Source: Candidatus Dormiibacterota bacterium (GTDB lineage Bacteria > Chloroflexota > Dormibacteria > CF-121). From it: 64,000 nucleotides of DNA. This document shows positions 36,856 through 46,243 of this stretch, one piece after another. The position numbers were made by a program, and so were the translations under genes. The stretch lies in NCBI GenBank assembly GCA_035936995.1, contig DASYVR010000053.1, forward strand, positions 18,018-82,017, read 5' to 3'. Positions within the stretch are counted from its first letter, which is position 1. Each line of letters opens with the position of its first letter. Below the pieces are notes generated by a model. It had not been told where the DNA came from. It saw nothing but the letters and a program-made list of their open reading frames with translations, and searched no databases.

Positions 36856-38066
36856 GCCGCCTTGCGGAGTGCGTCGTCCCCGACGATATCGACCTGGGGC
36901 GGCTTGAGGTAGTTGGCGTGGAAGTAGGCGCGCACCCCGAGCGTGACCAGCATGGCGAATCCCATCAGGACGGCTGAGGTCCAGAACGGCATCCCGGGCT
37001 GATGGCCGTACATCCAGCCACCGATCGGGTAGGCGCCGATCACGACCGCGCCGGTGACGAGCGCGAAGAGGCCGTAACCCCTGGCCATGGCGTGGTCGGG
37101 CAGCACCTCGCCGATGACCGCGGTCATCACCTGGCGGAACGACCAGAAGGCGCCGCGTAGGAAAAAGGCGAAACCGACAAGCGGCAGCGCCATGGAGGCG
37201 AGCAGCAGGATCGCCGACACCAGGTAGGCCGCCTCGAAACAAAGGACGATGGCGACGCTGCCGAGCGACCGGCGCAGGCGGCCCAGGCTGAGACCGATCA
37301 GAACCGAGCCGAGGTAGAGGCCGGCCATCAGCCCGCCGATCCAGAAATTGTCGACGTGGGCCACCTCGCGGGCATAGAGCGCGGTGAAGGTCCACGGGAT
37401 GAAGATGATGGCGGTGACGAGGGCGAAGAGCGCGAGCAGCACGCGGTAGGCGGGGAACTTCATCAGATCCCGGTAGCGCAGCCGAGGGGCGGTGACTTGG
37501 CGCGGCGTCTTGTTCGGGAGGAAGGCGATGCAGACGGTCGCCAGGCAGAAGAAGGCAAAGGACATCCAGAAGAGCGCGCTGAGGGGCAGGCGCTGGGCGA
37601 GCCAGCCGGTCAGCAGGTTGGACGCGATCAGCCCGAGCGAGTAGGCCGAGAACACCGTGGTCATGACCGCAGCGATCCGGTCGCGTGGCACGCCAAGCGT
37701 CAGATAGACGCTGATCGCCGGCGTGTTGACGACCGACGCTTGCAAAAACAAGATGCCGGCGGCCGTCCATGTCCAGTGCGGCGCGACGGCGTAGCAAAGG
37801 GGAGCCGGAATGGCGATCATCCAGCCGGCGACGATCGTCTTGCGCAGGTCACGGCGCTCCGCCAGTCGGGTACCGGGCAGCATCACCAGGGTCGCGACCA
37901 GCATGCCGACGGCAGCCAGCACACCGATCTCGAAGGCGCTGGCACCCAGTTCGCGCTGGTAGATCGCACCGAAGGCGATGAAGGGTCCGGCGCCGAGGCC
38001 GGACAGCCCGTGGGCGAAGAACAGCAGCCAGCCGCCGCGGCCGATCCGGATGCGAGTCTCCGGCAT
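36852..38066 (-). CDS. MFS transporter
   Basis: 12-TM pattern. Start moved to ATG 38066 (GAGGTGGG Shine-Dalgarno 8 nt upstream); the track start is 38117. Confidence 0.85.
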   Translation of the reverse strand: MPETRIRIGRGGWLLFFAHGLSGLGAGPFIAFGAIYQRELGASAFEIGVLAAVGMLVATLVMLPGTRLAERRDLRKTIVAGWMIAIPAPLCYAVAPHWTWTAAGILFLQASVVNTPAISVYLTLGVPRDRIAAVMTTVFSAYSLGLIASNLLTGWLAQRLPLSALFWMSFAFFCLATVCIAFLPNKTPRQVTAPRLRYRDLMKFPAYRVLLALFALVTAIIFIPWTFTALYAREVAHVDNFWIGGLMAGLYLGSVLIGLSLGRLRRSLGSVAIVLCFEAAYLVSAILLLASMALPLVGFAFFLRGAFWSFRQVMTAVIGEVLPDHAMARGYGLFALVTGAVVIGAYPIGGWMYGHQPGMPFWTSAVLMGFAMLVTLGVRAYFHANYLKPPQVDIVGDDALRKAA

Positions 38067-38201
38067 ATGGCCGCCCACCTCGGCGGGCCGGAAGCGATGG
38101 GCGCGGGCGGGCAGCACACGGATATATCGTGCCGGCTGCGTCGACCCATCGGGATCGATGGCGACGAACCGGTGAAGCCGGGTCGGTGGCCGCCTGCGGC
38201 G

Positions 38202-40424
38202 CTAAGCCGCTAGCTGTTCGCCCGGAGTGATTCGCCGATGCAGGCGCGCGAGACTCCGGGGCGCCCACCAGTTGGCTCGTCCCAGCAGCCGCATCACCGC
38301 CGGGACGACCAGCGCGCGTACGAGCGTCGCGTCGATGGCAACCGCCAGAGCCAGCCCCAGACCGATCGACTTGATCAGGACCACGTCCGCCAGGCCAAAG
38401 GCGAGGAAGACGGCGACCATGATGGCAGCGGCGCCGGTAATCAGCCGGCCGCTCTTCTCCAGCCCGTTGGCGACGGCCTGCGTCGTGTCCCCAGTCTTTC
38501 GGTATTCCTCCTGGATCCGGCTGATCAGGAGCACCTCATAGTCCATGGATAGGCCGAAGACGATGCAGAAGAGCAGCACCGGGACGGAGGGATCGAGCGG
38601 GGCAGCCGTGAAGTTCAACAACGAACTGAGGTGGCCCAACTGGAAGACCCAGACCAGTGCCCCGAAGGAGGCGCCGATCGACAGGACGTTCATGATCACC
38701 GCCTTGAGCGGGAGCACCAGGGATCCGGTCAGCAGGAAGAGCACAAGATAGGTGACGATCATCACGTAGGCGACCGCCAGGGGAATGCGCTGCAGGATGA
38801 AGTCGGTGAAGTCGATCGAGAAGGCGGCGACCAGCGTGCTGCTGCCGGCGGGTGGAGCCATGCTGCGCAGCGCGTGGACGATGGCCCGCGAGGCATCGCT
38901 TTCCTGACCCTGCTTGGTCACGACCGAGAGCACCGCGATCTGCGAGCCGGTTGTCCCATGGACGATCGTCTGGACCCGGGCCGGCTGGGCTGAGGCCGGC
39001 TGGGTCAGCAGCGCCTGGTAGTCGGAACGCTGGAGCGACGGATCGAAACTGACCATGCTCTCGACGCTTTCGACCCCCGGGATCTGCTTGATCTGCTGGG
39101 CGAGGTCGTAAAGGTCTCCGACCCGCTGGGTGGTGAGCGGGCCCCCGCTCGGATAGCTGACGACAACGTTGAAGCGGGTCTGACCCTGCCCGGGAAACTT
39201 CTGTAACTGGTCGTAACCGCGCCGAGTCTCGGCGCTCGGCGGCAGCATCCCGACATCGCCGTTCGCGATCTTGATCTGCAAGAAGGGCGACGCCATCAGC
39301 AGCAGCAGCCCGACGACCGGCAGCAGCACCAGCAGCGGCCGTCGCATGACGCGCATGGCGAGGCCGTGCCAGAAGCCGCCGCCCGCGGCCCGGCGCGGCA
39401 GCGGCAGGCGGGCCCAGTTGACGCGGCGACCCAGGATCGCGAGCAGCGAGGCGAGGAAAGTCAGCGCGTAGAGCACCGCGATCGCGACCACGATGGCGCC
39501 GGCGAAACCCATCGATGCCAAAAAGGAACCTTGGAAGAAGAGCATGGCGCTCAGGCCGATCGCGACCGTGATCCCGGAGAAGGTTACCGCCCGACCGGAA
39601 GTCCGCATGCTGGCGATCAGCGCCTGCTCCGGGGTCCCCCCGGCAGACAGTTCTTCGCGGAAGCGGTTCACGATGAAGAGCGAGTAGTCAATCGCCACAC
39701 CGAGGCCGATCAGGGTGACGATGTTGGTGGAATAGGTCGAGACATCGGTAAAGCGCGCGAGCACACCGACGCCGGCAAGACCGCCAACCACCGCCAGGCC
39801 GCCCACGCCCAGGGGCAGCAGCGTGCTGATGACGGTCCCGAAGACGATCAACAGCAAGGGCACGATGATGACCAGCGAGACCAGTTCGGCGCGCTGCAGG
39901 TCAGATTGCAGGTACTTGTCGAAGTCGGAGCCGATGGCGACGTTGCCGGTGCCCAGCACTTGGAGATGGTCGGATTGCACCTTGGCCCGAAGCTGTGTGT
40001 AGTACTGGCGGGCGGTTGAGTAGTCGTCGTTCAAGGTGACGAGGGCGAAGACATGGTGGCCGTCGGTCGAGGTCATCGCTTTGGCTTGCTCAGCCGAGAC
40101 ATCGAAGGGGGTCTCGATGCTCTTCACCCTCGAGTCAGTCTTCAGCGGCTGCAGGGCGCTGAGCACCGCCTGCTTGAAGGCAGGGTCGCTGACCCCCATC
40201 GCCTGACTGCCAAAGACCAGGACAAACGATGACCCGGCTCCGCTCTGCGGAAGCTGATGGTTCATCAGGGCGAGCGCCCGCCCCGACTCGGTATTTTCGC
40301 CGCCGCTGTTCTTCAGGGTGCCGCCGTTTACGAGCGCGACAATCGACCCCGCGAGCATGACGGCGGACACACCGAGCACCGCCCAGCGGAACCGGTAGAC
40401 GAATTGACCCCACCAGGCAAACAT
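38202..40424 (-). CDS. MMPL-family (RND superfamily) transporter
   Basis: 740 aa. Two 6-TM bundles, each preceded by a large extracytoplasmic loop. GIDYSLFIVNRFREE and GLSMDYEVLLISRIQEEY motifs. Confidence 0.93.
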   Translation of the reverse strand: MFAWWGQFVYRFRWAVLGVSAVMLAGSIVALVNGGTLKNSGGENTESGRALALMNHQLPQSGAGSSFVLVFGSQAMGVSDPAFKQAVLSALQPLKTDSRVKSIETPFDVSAEQAKAMTSTDGHHVFALVTLNDDYSTARQYYTQLRAKVQSDHLQVLGTGNVAIGSDFDKYLQSDLQRAELVSLVIIVPLLLIVFGTVISTLLPLGVGGLAVVGGLAGVGVLARFTDVSTYSTNIVTLIGLGVAIDYSLFIVNRFREELSAGGTPEQALIASMRTSGRAVTFSGITVAIGLSAMLFFQGSFLASMGFAGAIVVAIAVLYALTFLASLLAILGRRVNWARLPLPRRAAGGGFWHGLAMRVMRRPLLVLLPVVGLLLLMASPFLQIKIANGDVGMLPPSAETRRGYDQLQKFPGQGQTRFNVVVSYPSGGPLTTQRVGDLYDLAQQIKQIPGVESVESMVSFDPSLQRSDYQALLTQPASAQPARVQTIVHGTTGSQIAVLSVVTKQGQESDASRAIVHALRSMAPPAGSSTLVAAFSIDFTDFILQRIPLAVAYVMIVTYLVLFLLTGSLVLPLKAVIMNVLSIGASFGALVWVFQLGHLSSLLNFTAAPLDPSVPVLLFCIVFGLSMDYEVLLISRIQEEYRKTGDTTQAVANGLEKSGRLITGAAAIMVAVFLAFGLADVVLIKSIGLGLALAVAIDATLVRALVVPAVMRLLGRANWWAPRSLARLHRRITPGEQLAA

Positions 40425-40426
40425 GG

Positions 40427-41053
40427 TCAGCGCCCCACCCCGGATGTCATTCGCGGTCGGGTCGCAAAGGCCATCGTCATCTCGCTCAGCGCGTCGATGG
40501 CAGCCTCGGCGTCAAACTCAGGATTCATCACCTTCTGGAGGTAGATGCCATGCAGGCTTCCCCAGATCGCCCCAGCGATCGCGTCGGCCGACGCCTCCGG
40601 TGGCTCAGACATGCCGGCGATGACGCCCCGGGTGATGCGGGCGATGAAGGTCCGCCGCTCGTCGATGAAGGCGCGTACCGCCGACGCGATTTTGGGGTTA
40701 TGCAGGCCGACGCCAAACATGTCGAACGTCAAGAGGAACAGGCCACCGTACGTTTTGAGCTCCGCCTTGGCCAGCTCGAAGCCCATGCGGGCGAACGCCA
40801 TCGGGTCGGCGTCCTCCGGCAGCGGCCCGCCGAGGCTGATCCCCGCCTGTTCCCAGGCGCGCATCACCGGCTCGCAGCCATGTTCGATCGCCGCGACCAG
40901 CAGGTCCTCCTTGGTCTCGAAGTAGTAGTGTGCCAGCCCCGGGGCCACCCCGGCTTCGGCCGCAATGTCCTTCATCGAGGTCTCGTGGTAGCCGCGCTTC
41001 ACAAGCGTGCGATAGGCGGCATCGACGATGCGTTCCTTGGTCTGATCGGACAC
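40427..41053 (-). CDS. TetR/AcrR-family transcriptional regulator
   Basis: 208 aa. HTH IVDAAYRTLVKRGYHETSMKDIAAEAGVAPGLAHYYFETKEDLL. Stop lies 2 nt before the MMPL start. Confidence 0.93.
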   Translation of the reverse strand: MSDQTKERIVDAAYRTLVKRGYHETSMKDIAAEAGVAPGLAHYYFETKEDLLVAAIEHGCEPVMRAWEQAGISLGGPLPEDADPMAFARMGFELAKAELKTYGGLFLLTFDMFGVGLHNPKIASAVRAFIDERRTFIARITRGVIAGMSEPPEASADAIAGAIWGSLHGIYLQKVMNPEFDAEAAIDALSEMTMAFATRPRMTSGVGR

Positions 41054-41072
41054 TTAGCTCGCTCCCGGTCTG

Positions 41073-41131
41073 GTTTGGTCAGTCACCCAATTAGTTTGGT
41101 CATTCAACCAAACGTCGGGGGGAAATGTCAA
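41073..41131 (-). promoter_or_regulatory. tetR-mmpL promoter/operator candidate
   Basis: Minus-strand TTGACA (41126-31), N18, TTGAAT (41102-07). Perfect palindrome GTTTGGT-CATTCA-ACCAAAC (41094-41113) overlaps the -10. Second GTTTGGTCA copy at 41073-81. GGGAG Shine-Dalgarno before GTG 41053. Confidence 0.45.
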
Positions 41132-41205
41132 GCCTGAAGCGGCAGGTTGGGAGGTTAGCCTGTCCTGTCTCCGAGACGGTGAGACACGCGGCGGCTCGTC
41201 CGAGA

Positions 41206-41523
41206 CTACGCTCGCCGATCGTCTTGAGACGCGCGGCGGGCCATGTCAAGGATAAGAGGAGAGTAGCGCTCGTGCGCCGCCTGGCGACTGATGCCCAGCC
41301 ATCCGCCGACGTCAGCCCAACTGTGACCTCCTTCGATCGCGTCGCGCACGAAGAGAACGACCCACCGATCGGCCTCGTCCCTGAGGTCGCAGAGTAGGTG
41401 CAGGGGACGGCCCGGCTCGGACAGCTGCACCCCGCTTCGTTGGGCAAGATGTTTCATGGCCACGGTCAGCGCAAAGCGCGCATCAGAACTTGGATGGGTA
41501 CACCGGGCGCTCCGCCGAAACAT
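41206..41523 (-). CDS. small helix-turn-helix protein, unknown function
   Basis: 105 aa from ATG 41523 (MFRRSARC...). C-terminal HTH-like GGHSWADVGGWLGISRQAAHERY. Start chosen because of the perfect TTGACA-N18-TATCTT-N6-ATG arrangement; the longer track ORF (to 41751) overlaps the GT4 gene. Confidence 0.55.
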   Translation of the reverse strand: MFRRSARCTHPSSDARFALTVAMKHLAQRSGVQLSEPGRPLHLLCDLRDEADRWVVLFVRDAIEGGHSWADVGGWLGISRQAAHERYSPLILDMARRASQDDRRA

Positions 41524-41529
41524 GGCGTC

Positions 41530-41559
41530 AAGATAGCCTGACGTGGCGCGATATGTCAA
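41530..41559 (-). promoter_or_regulatory. sigma-70-like promoter (TTGACA-N18-TATCTT), leaderless start
   Basis: Minus-strand TTGACA 41554-59 and TATCTT 41530-35. TATCTT ends 6 nt before ATG 41523. Confidence 0.5.
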
Positions 41560-41627
41560 GAGCTCCTGACGATACGTGGGTGCGAAAGAGCAGGTCGAGT
41601 ATCTCGCCAACTCGAGGATAGGACAGG

Positions 41628-42932
41628 TCAGCCGGCGATGGCTGGCCGGAGCTCTGGCAGTCGAGGCGCCGCGTACTCGGCGACCAACCGGTCGACCGTC
41701 TCCTTCCAGGTGAACTGGGTGGCGACCAGCCGGCTGCGACGGCTGAAGCACCGGCGCAGCTCGTCGTCGGCCAGCAGACGGCCGATGCGCTCCGCGTACT
41801 GATCAGGATCGTGGGAAGTCAGGGTGAAGCCGGTCAGGCCGTCTTTCACGATGGTCGGGAGGCCGCCAACGCGAGCCGCCACGACCGGCGTCCCACACGC
41901 GGCCGCCTCGAGCGCCACCAACCCAAAAGATTCGCTATAGGAGGGGACGACGCACACCGCCGCAAGACTCAGGTAGCCGGCCAGCTCTGGCTGATCGACC
42001 GATCCCATGAATCGGACCTGCTCGCGGATACCGAGCGACGCCGCGAGCGCTTCGAGCCGGGACCGCTCGCCGCCGCTCGTCGCGCTCTCGCTGGCCCCAT
42101 TGTGGCTGTCATCACCGATCACCAGCAGGATCGGCGGTTCCGGCTGGGCCGGATCGGCAGCGAGGATTGCCATCGCCCGGATTACGGTTTCGGCGCCCTT
42201 GAGGCGCTCGAGCCGTCCAGCGAAGACGACGACCTTGGCGTCGCCGAGGCCGAGGCGCTTGCGGAGCGCCCCGGTCGGCCGTTCGTTAAAGACCTGCAGG
42301 TCCACGCCTGGCGCGACCACGCTCAGCCGGGTGCGCGATGCGCCGTAGAGGCGAACGAGGTCATCGGCCTCCTGGGCGCTCGAGGCGATCAGCTGGTCAC
42401 AATTCCGCACGATCGCCTGCTCGACGGCGATGCGGTGGTCCGGCTCCGTCGTCGCGCCCTCGGCGGCCCGCTCGTTCTTGACCCGGGCCAGCGTGTGGAA
42501 GGTGTGGAACCAAGGCAGGCTCCATTCATCGCGAAGCCGGGCAGCCACCCAGCCGGACAACCAGTAATGGCTGTGCACCAGGCTGTATCCCGTCTGGCGG
42601 CGCTGTTGCTCACTGAGGATCGCCTCAGTGAAATCCGGGAGCAGATCGAACAAGCGCCCCTTTTCGATGTCTTCGGCGGGCCCGACAAGCAGCCGGGTGA
42701 CCCAACTCCGGTCGGCGAGTCGGACTCGGTCCGGACCGTCAGGGCTCGAGCGCCGGGTGAAGACCTCGGTCGGGATGCCACGCCGGCCGAGCTCTGCGCA
42801 GACCGCGCGCACGTAGACGTTCATCCCGCCGTTCTCGCCCGCCCCCAGGGCGGCGACCGGCGAGGCATGCAGACTGACAATCGCGAGCGGTTTCAGCGCC
42901 GTGCCTCCTTCCTTGATCCGATCGATCGCCAC
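41628..42932 (-). CDS. GT4 glycosyltransferase, MshA-like (D-inositol-3-phosphate glycosyltransferase-like)
   Basis: 434 aa. LAIVSLHASPVAALGAGENGGMNVYV N-terminal signature of MshA-type GT4. C-terminal ESFGLVALEAAACGTPVVA. Confidence 0.8.
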   Translation of the reverse strand: MAIDRIKEGGTALKPLAIVSLHASPVAALGAGENGGMNVYVRAVCAELGRRGIPTEVFTRRSSPDGPDRVRLADRSWVTRLLVGPAEDIEKGRLFDLLPDFTEAILSEQQRRQTGYSLVHSHYWLSGWVAARLRDEWSLPWFHTFHTLARVKNERAAEGATTEPDHRIAVEQAIVRNCDQLIASSAQEADDLVRLYGASRTRLSVVAPGVDLQVFNERPTGALRKRLGLGDAKVVVFAGRLERLKGAETVIRAMAILAADPAQPEPPILLVIGDDSHNGASESATSGGERSRLEALAASLGIREQVRFMGSVDQPELAGYLSLAAVCVVPSYSESFGLVALEAAACGTPVVAARVGGLPTIVKDGLTGFTLTSHDPDQYAERIGRLLADDELRRCFSRRSRLVATQFTWKETVDRLVAEYAAPRLPELRPAIAG

Positions 42933-43175
42933 TCCATCGTCGCCGTTCGGTCACCGCGCGGTCAACTTCAAATCAGAACGAGGAGGCCGCGAACCGGCAG
43001 CAAAGCGGCTGCGACCGCTTGACGGGTTGTCGGTGAGGGCGCCCTGTGCTACGGTTGTCCAGAATCTTAGCCACCCTGGCCTGAACCCAAACTTACGATC
43101 CAGCCAAAGCCAGTCAACCCGCTGAAGCGCTTCCAGCTTCCCCTGATTGTCCTCACCCTCGTCTTCTGTTACGGG

Positions 43176-44102
43176 GTGATCGGCTACATGGTGCTGCTGC
43201 ACTGGAACTTCCTCGACTCCTTGTTCATGGTGCTCATCACCGTGACCACCATCGGCTATGAGGAGGTTCACCCGCTCGGCAACCTCGGGCGGGTCTTCAC
43301 CATGACGGTCATCGTCCTGGGCGTTGGCACCATGCTCTACACGCTCGGCATCTTCGCGGAAACGTTGATCGAAGGACATCTCGGCCGGTACGCTAGGATG
43401 CGCGGCATGGAACGCCGGATCGCCGGCCTCAACGATCACTTCATCGTCTGCGGGTACGGCCGGATGGGGACGCGGGTCGCCCAGGAGTTTCGGCAGCTGG
43501 ACACGCCCTTCGTGATCGTCGAGAGTAACCCGGAGCCGCTCGAGCGGTTGCGCTCGTCCGACCTGCTGTACGTGGAGGGCGACGCCGCCTCGGACGAGTC
43601 CTTGCTCAAAGCCGGCATCCTGCGCGCCAAAGGGTTGGTCACCGCTGTCGACTCCGACGAGCGCAACGTCTTCATCACTCTGACGGCGCGGTCTTTGAAT
43701 CCGGCGCTCTTGATCGTCGCCCGGTCCTCCTACCAGGACTCGACCGAGAAGCTTCGTCGCGCCGGCGCCAACCAGGTGGTCTCCCCTTACCTCATGGGCG
43801 CCCACCGGATGGCAGCGCTGGCGGTTCGACCGGTGGCGGTCGACGTCCTCGACACCGTGCTCCACGGCGAGAACATCGACCTCGTCGTCGAGGAGTTGCT
43901 GGTTTTGCCCAGCTCCAAGGTGCTGGGTCGGACACTGGCCGACTCGGGGATCCGGGAGGCCGGCGCCAACGTCCTGGCCATCCGCAAGCGGAGCGGGCAG
44001 CTTCGGATCAACCCGCCCGAGACCCAGGTGCTGGAAAGCGACGACCTGCTGGTCGCCATTGGAACGCGCCAGCAAATGAGCGCCGCCGAACGGCTGCTCT
44101 GA
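43176..44102 (+). CDS. two-TM K+-channel-like protein with RCK (TrkA-N/TrkA-C) domains; atypical TTIGYEE filter; true start probably upstream
   Basis: Pore helix plus filter LFMVLITVTTIGYEEVHP; TrkA-N IVCGYGRMGTRVAQEF. The frame is open back to 43071 and encodes the missing half of TM1 (KRFQLPLIVLTLVFCYG), but contains no ATG/GTG/TTG before 43176. Confidence 0.8.
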   Translation: MIGYMVLLHWNFLDSLFMVLITVTTIGYEEVHPLGNLGRVFTMTVIVLGVGTMLYTLGIFAETLIEGHLGRYARMRGMERRIAGLNDHFIVCGYGRMGTRVAQEFRQLDTPFVIVESNPEPLERLRSSDLLYVEGDAASDESLLKAGILRAKGLVTAVDSDERNVFITLTARSLNPALLIVARSSYQDSTEKLRRAGANQVVSPYLMGAHRMAALAVRPVAVDVLDTVLHGENIDLVVEELLVLPSSKVLGRTLADSGIREAGANVLAIRKRSGQLRINPPETQVLESDDLLVAIGTRQQMSAAERLL

Positions 44103-44117
44103 GGCGCGTTCGGGTCG

Positions 44118-45242
44118 GTGGTGTCCGCCCCTAAGCGCCTCCTCTTTCTCTTCTCCGACACCGGCGCGGGCCATCGCGCCGCCACCGAGGCCGTCGCGGA
44201 AGCCCTGCGACGGCGTTATCCCAACCGGTTTGCGGTGGACTGCTACGACCCGATGGGTGATCAGCGCGTCATCGCCGGACGCCTGACGGCGCTTTACGGA
44301 CCGGTCACCCGGCGGGTCCCGTTCTTGTGGGGGGCCGCGTACCGAGTTACCAACTTGCGGCCGACCGTCCGCCTGTTCCAGCACGCCATCGGCCGAGGGC
44401 TCAGGCGCAAGCTACGCGCCGCGCTCGAACCGCCTCCTGCGCTAGTGGCGAGCTTTCATCCACTGCTCAACCACGTCGCGGCTGACGTCGTCCCCCATGG
44501 GGTGCCGCGTGTGACGGTGATCACGGACTGGATCGACTTTCACCAGGCATGGACCGACCTCGAGGCCGATTGCATCATCTGTCCCTCGGACGCGGCGTAT
44601 GCGCTCTGCCGCCGCCGTGGGGTGCCGGCCGATCACCTCGTCAAGGCTGGGCTGCCGATTCATCCGCGATTCCAGGACGCCATCCGCGCGTTCACCGATA
44701 AGAAGTCGATGCGGCTGAAGCTGCGCCTGCGGCCGCATGCACCAACCGTGTTGCTGGCGGGCGGCGGTGACGGAACGGAGCCGCTCCGCAAGTATGCGGC
44801 GGCGCTCGCCCAGTCCCCGCTCGACGTCCAGGTTCTCGCCGTCTGCGGCCGCAACCAGGCGCTTGCCGAGCGGATCCGTGAGGATAACCATGCTGGCGTT
44901 CACGTCTTCGGCTTCGTCGACAACATGCCGGAATTGTTGCTGGCCTCCGACCTGCTGGTGACGCGCGCGGGGCCGGGCATGATCGCGGAGGGGCTCGCCT
45001 GTGGCTGCCCACTGCTGTTGACCGGATACCTCCCCGGCCAGGAAGAAGGCAATGTCAAGGAAGTGGTGAGCCGTGGCCTGGGCCGCTACGTGCCGAAGCC
45101 GAGCGATCTGGTCGGGGCCGTGACGGCGTGGTTTGCCAAGCCGGAGGCGGACCGGCTGGAGGACGTGGAGCGTGTCCGCGCCGCCGCCAATCCGGCGGCC
45201 GCGTTTACCAGCGCTGACGTCATTGCCCGGATGGCTTCTTGA
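44118..45242 (+). CDS. MGDG-synthase-family (GT28) diacylglycerol glycosyltransferase-like protein
   Basis: 374 aa. LLFLFSDTGAGHRAATEAVAEAL N-terminal MGDG_synth motif plus a C-terminal Glyco_tran_28_C-like half (LVTRAGPGMIAEGLACGCPLLL). Confidence 0.85.
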   Translation: MVSAPKRLLFLFSDTGAGHRAATEAVAEALRRRYPNRFAVDCYDPMGDQRVIAGRLTALYGPVTRRVPFLWGAAYRVTNLRPTVRLFQHAIGRGLRRKLRAALEPPPALVASFHPLLNHVAADVVPHGVPRVTVITDWIDFHQAWTDLEADCIICPSDAAYALCRRRGVPADHLVKAGLPIHPRFQDAIRAFTDKKSMRLKLRLRPHAPTVLLAGGGDGTEPLRKYAAALAQSPLDVQVLAVCGRNQALAERIREDNHAGVHVFGFVDNMPELLLASDLLVTRAGPGMIAEGLACGCPLLLTGYLPGQEEGNVKEVVSRGLGRYVPKPSDLVGAVTAWFAKPEADRLEDVERVRAAANPAAAFTSADVIARMAS

Positions 45243-45247
45243 CTAGA
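45242..45247. repeat. target-site duplication ACTAGA (left copy)
   Basis: Identical hexamer at 46244-46249. Fits the NCTAGN target of IS481-type elements. Its first base is the last base of the GT28 TGA stop. Confidence 0.85.
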
Positions 45248-46158
45248 TGTAGTTCCCACAGAGGTTGTTGACGCGGTCGATGGGTGGAAGCCCTCCGAGC
45301 GCGGTGTGGGCACGGTGATAGTTGTACCGGTGAAGCCACTCAGCGAGCAAGTCCACGCGTTCAGCGTTGCTGGCATAGGGGCGGAGGTAGGCCCATTCCT
45401 CGAGCAGGGTGCGGTTGAAGCGCTCGACCTTGCCATTCGGCTGCGGCCGGCGTGGAGGGGTCAGCCGATGCTGGATCCCCAGCTCCGCCAAGGTTGCCTG
45501 GAAGGGGCGAGACAAGCGATAGGCGAACGCGTTGTCGGTCATCAGCCGCTGCAACCGGATCCCGTGCGCCGCGAAGAAACCGGTCGCCCGGCGCAGGAAG
45601 CTCGCGCTGGTGGTGCCCTGCTCGTCGGGCAGGACTTCGCAGTAGGCCAGGCGGGAATGGTCGTCCACCAGCGCGTGAATGTAGTCATAGCCCTGGCCGC
45701 GATTGCGCCCCGACAGGCCGAGCCGGCCGTGAACCCGATGGCCACCTCCCGGCGGGATCCGACCAAGCTTCTTCACATCGAGATGGCCGAGGTCACCGGG
45801 GTGCGCCCATTCATACCGGCGCACCACCAGGCCGGTCGGGCGATCCAGCCAATCCAGGCGATGCAGCCCATGCCGGCGCAAGACCGCGTAGCAGGTCGAC
45901 CGTGGGCACCCGGTCAAGGGGGCCAGCCGATGCGGCCTCCTGCATCGCGCTGATCCGGCGGGGACTCCGATGCGGGCGACTGCTGCGGTCCAGCAAGCCC
46001 GCGCTGCCTTCTTGGCGGAACCGGCGCAGCCACTTGTATGCCGTGGCTCGCGAGACGCCCGAAGCCTCGGCGGCCGTCGCCGGCATCCATCCGGCCTGCA
46101 CCCGATCGACAAGCAGCTGACGGGCGAACAGGTTCAAGCGCGGTCTACCATGCTGCAT
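45243..46158 (-). pseudogene. IS481-family transposase, interrupted by a frameshift
   Basis: N-terminal frame from ATG 46158 (AGGAGG upstream): MQHGRPRLNLFARQLLVDRV...ATAYKWLRRFRQEGSAGLLDRSSRPHRSPRR. The rest is in the +1 frame: PHRLAPLTGCPRSTCYAVLRRHGL...HLDVKKLGRI...YIHALVDDHSRLAY...NGKVERFNRTLLEEW...CGNYI. The switch is near 45930-45960, where about 7-10 residues seem to be missing. The TAG stop (45243-45) lies in the target duplication, outside the IR. Confidence 0.8.
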
Positions 46159-46243
46159 AGGAGCCTCCTGTCGGCTTGGATTTGGACACCCAAAACCGTG
46201 CAGAGAGGCTCTGCATTTGTCAACAAGGTCCGTGGGAACTACA
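45248..46243 (-). mobile_element. IS481-family insertion sequence (996 bp)
   Basis: 25-bp imperfect terminal inverted repeats, 22/25 identical: TGTAGTTCCCACAGAGGTTGTTGAC (45248-72) versus the reverse complement of 46219-43, TGTAGTTCCCACGGACCTTGTTGAC. Encodes an HTH plus DDE (rve) transposase. Flanked by the ACTAGA duplication. Confidence 0.9.

Noticed and set aside
41124-41560. Threefold ATGTCAAG motif (41124, 41242, 41552) as a dedicated regulator-binding site.
   Set aside because: Two copies are simply minus-strand TTGACA -35 hexamers of the two promoters. The third lies inside the small HTH coding region (codons LDM). There is no evidence for a separate motif.
45811-46112. Programmed ribosomal frameshifting in the IS481-family transposase.
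   Set aside because: There is no slippery A/U run or downstream structure in the frame-overlap region. The required shift is +1, and the linker looks shortened. A disabling indel is the simpler explanation.
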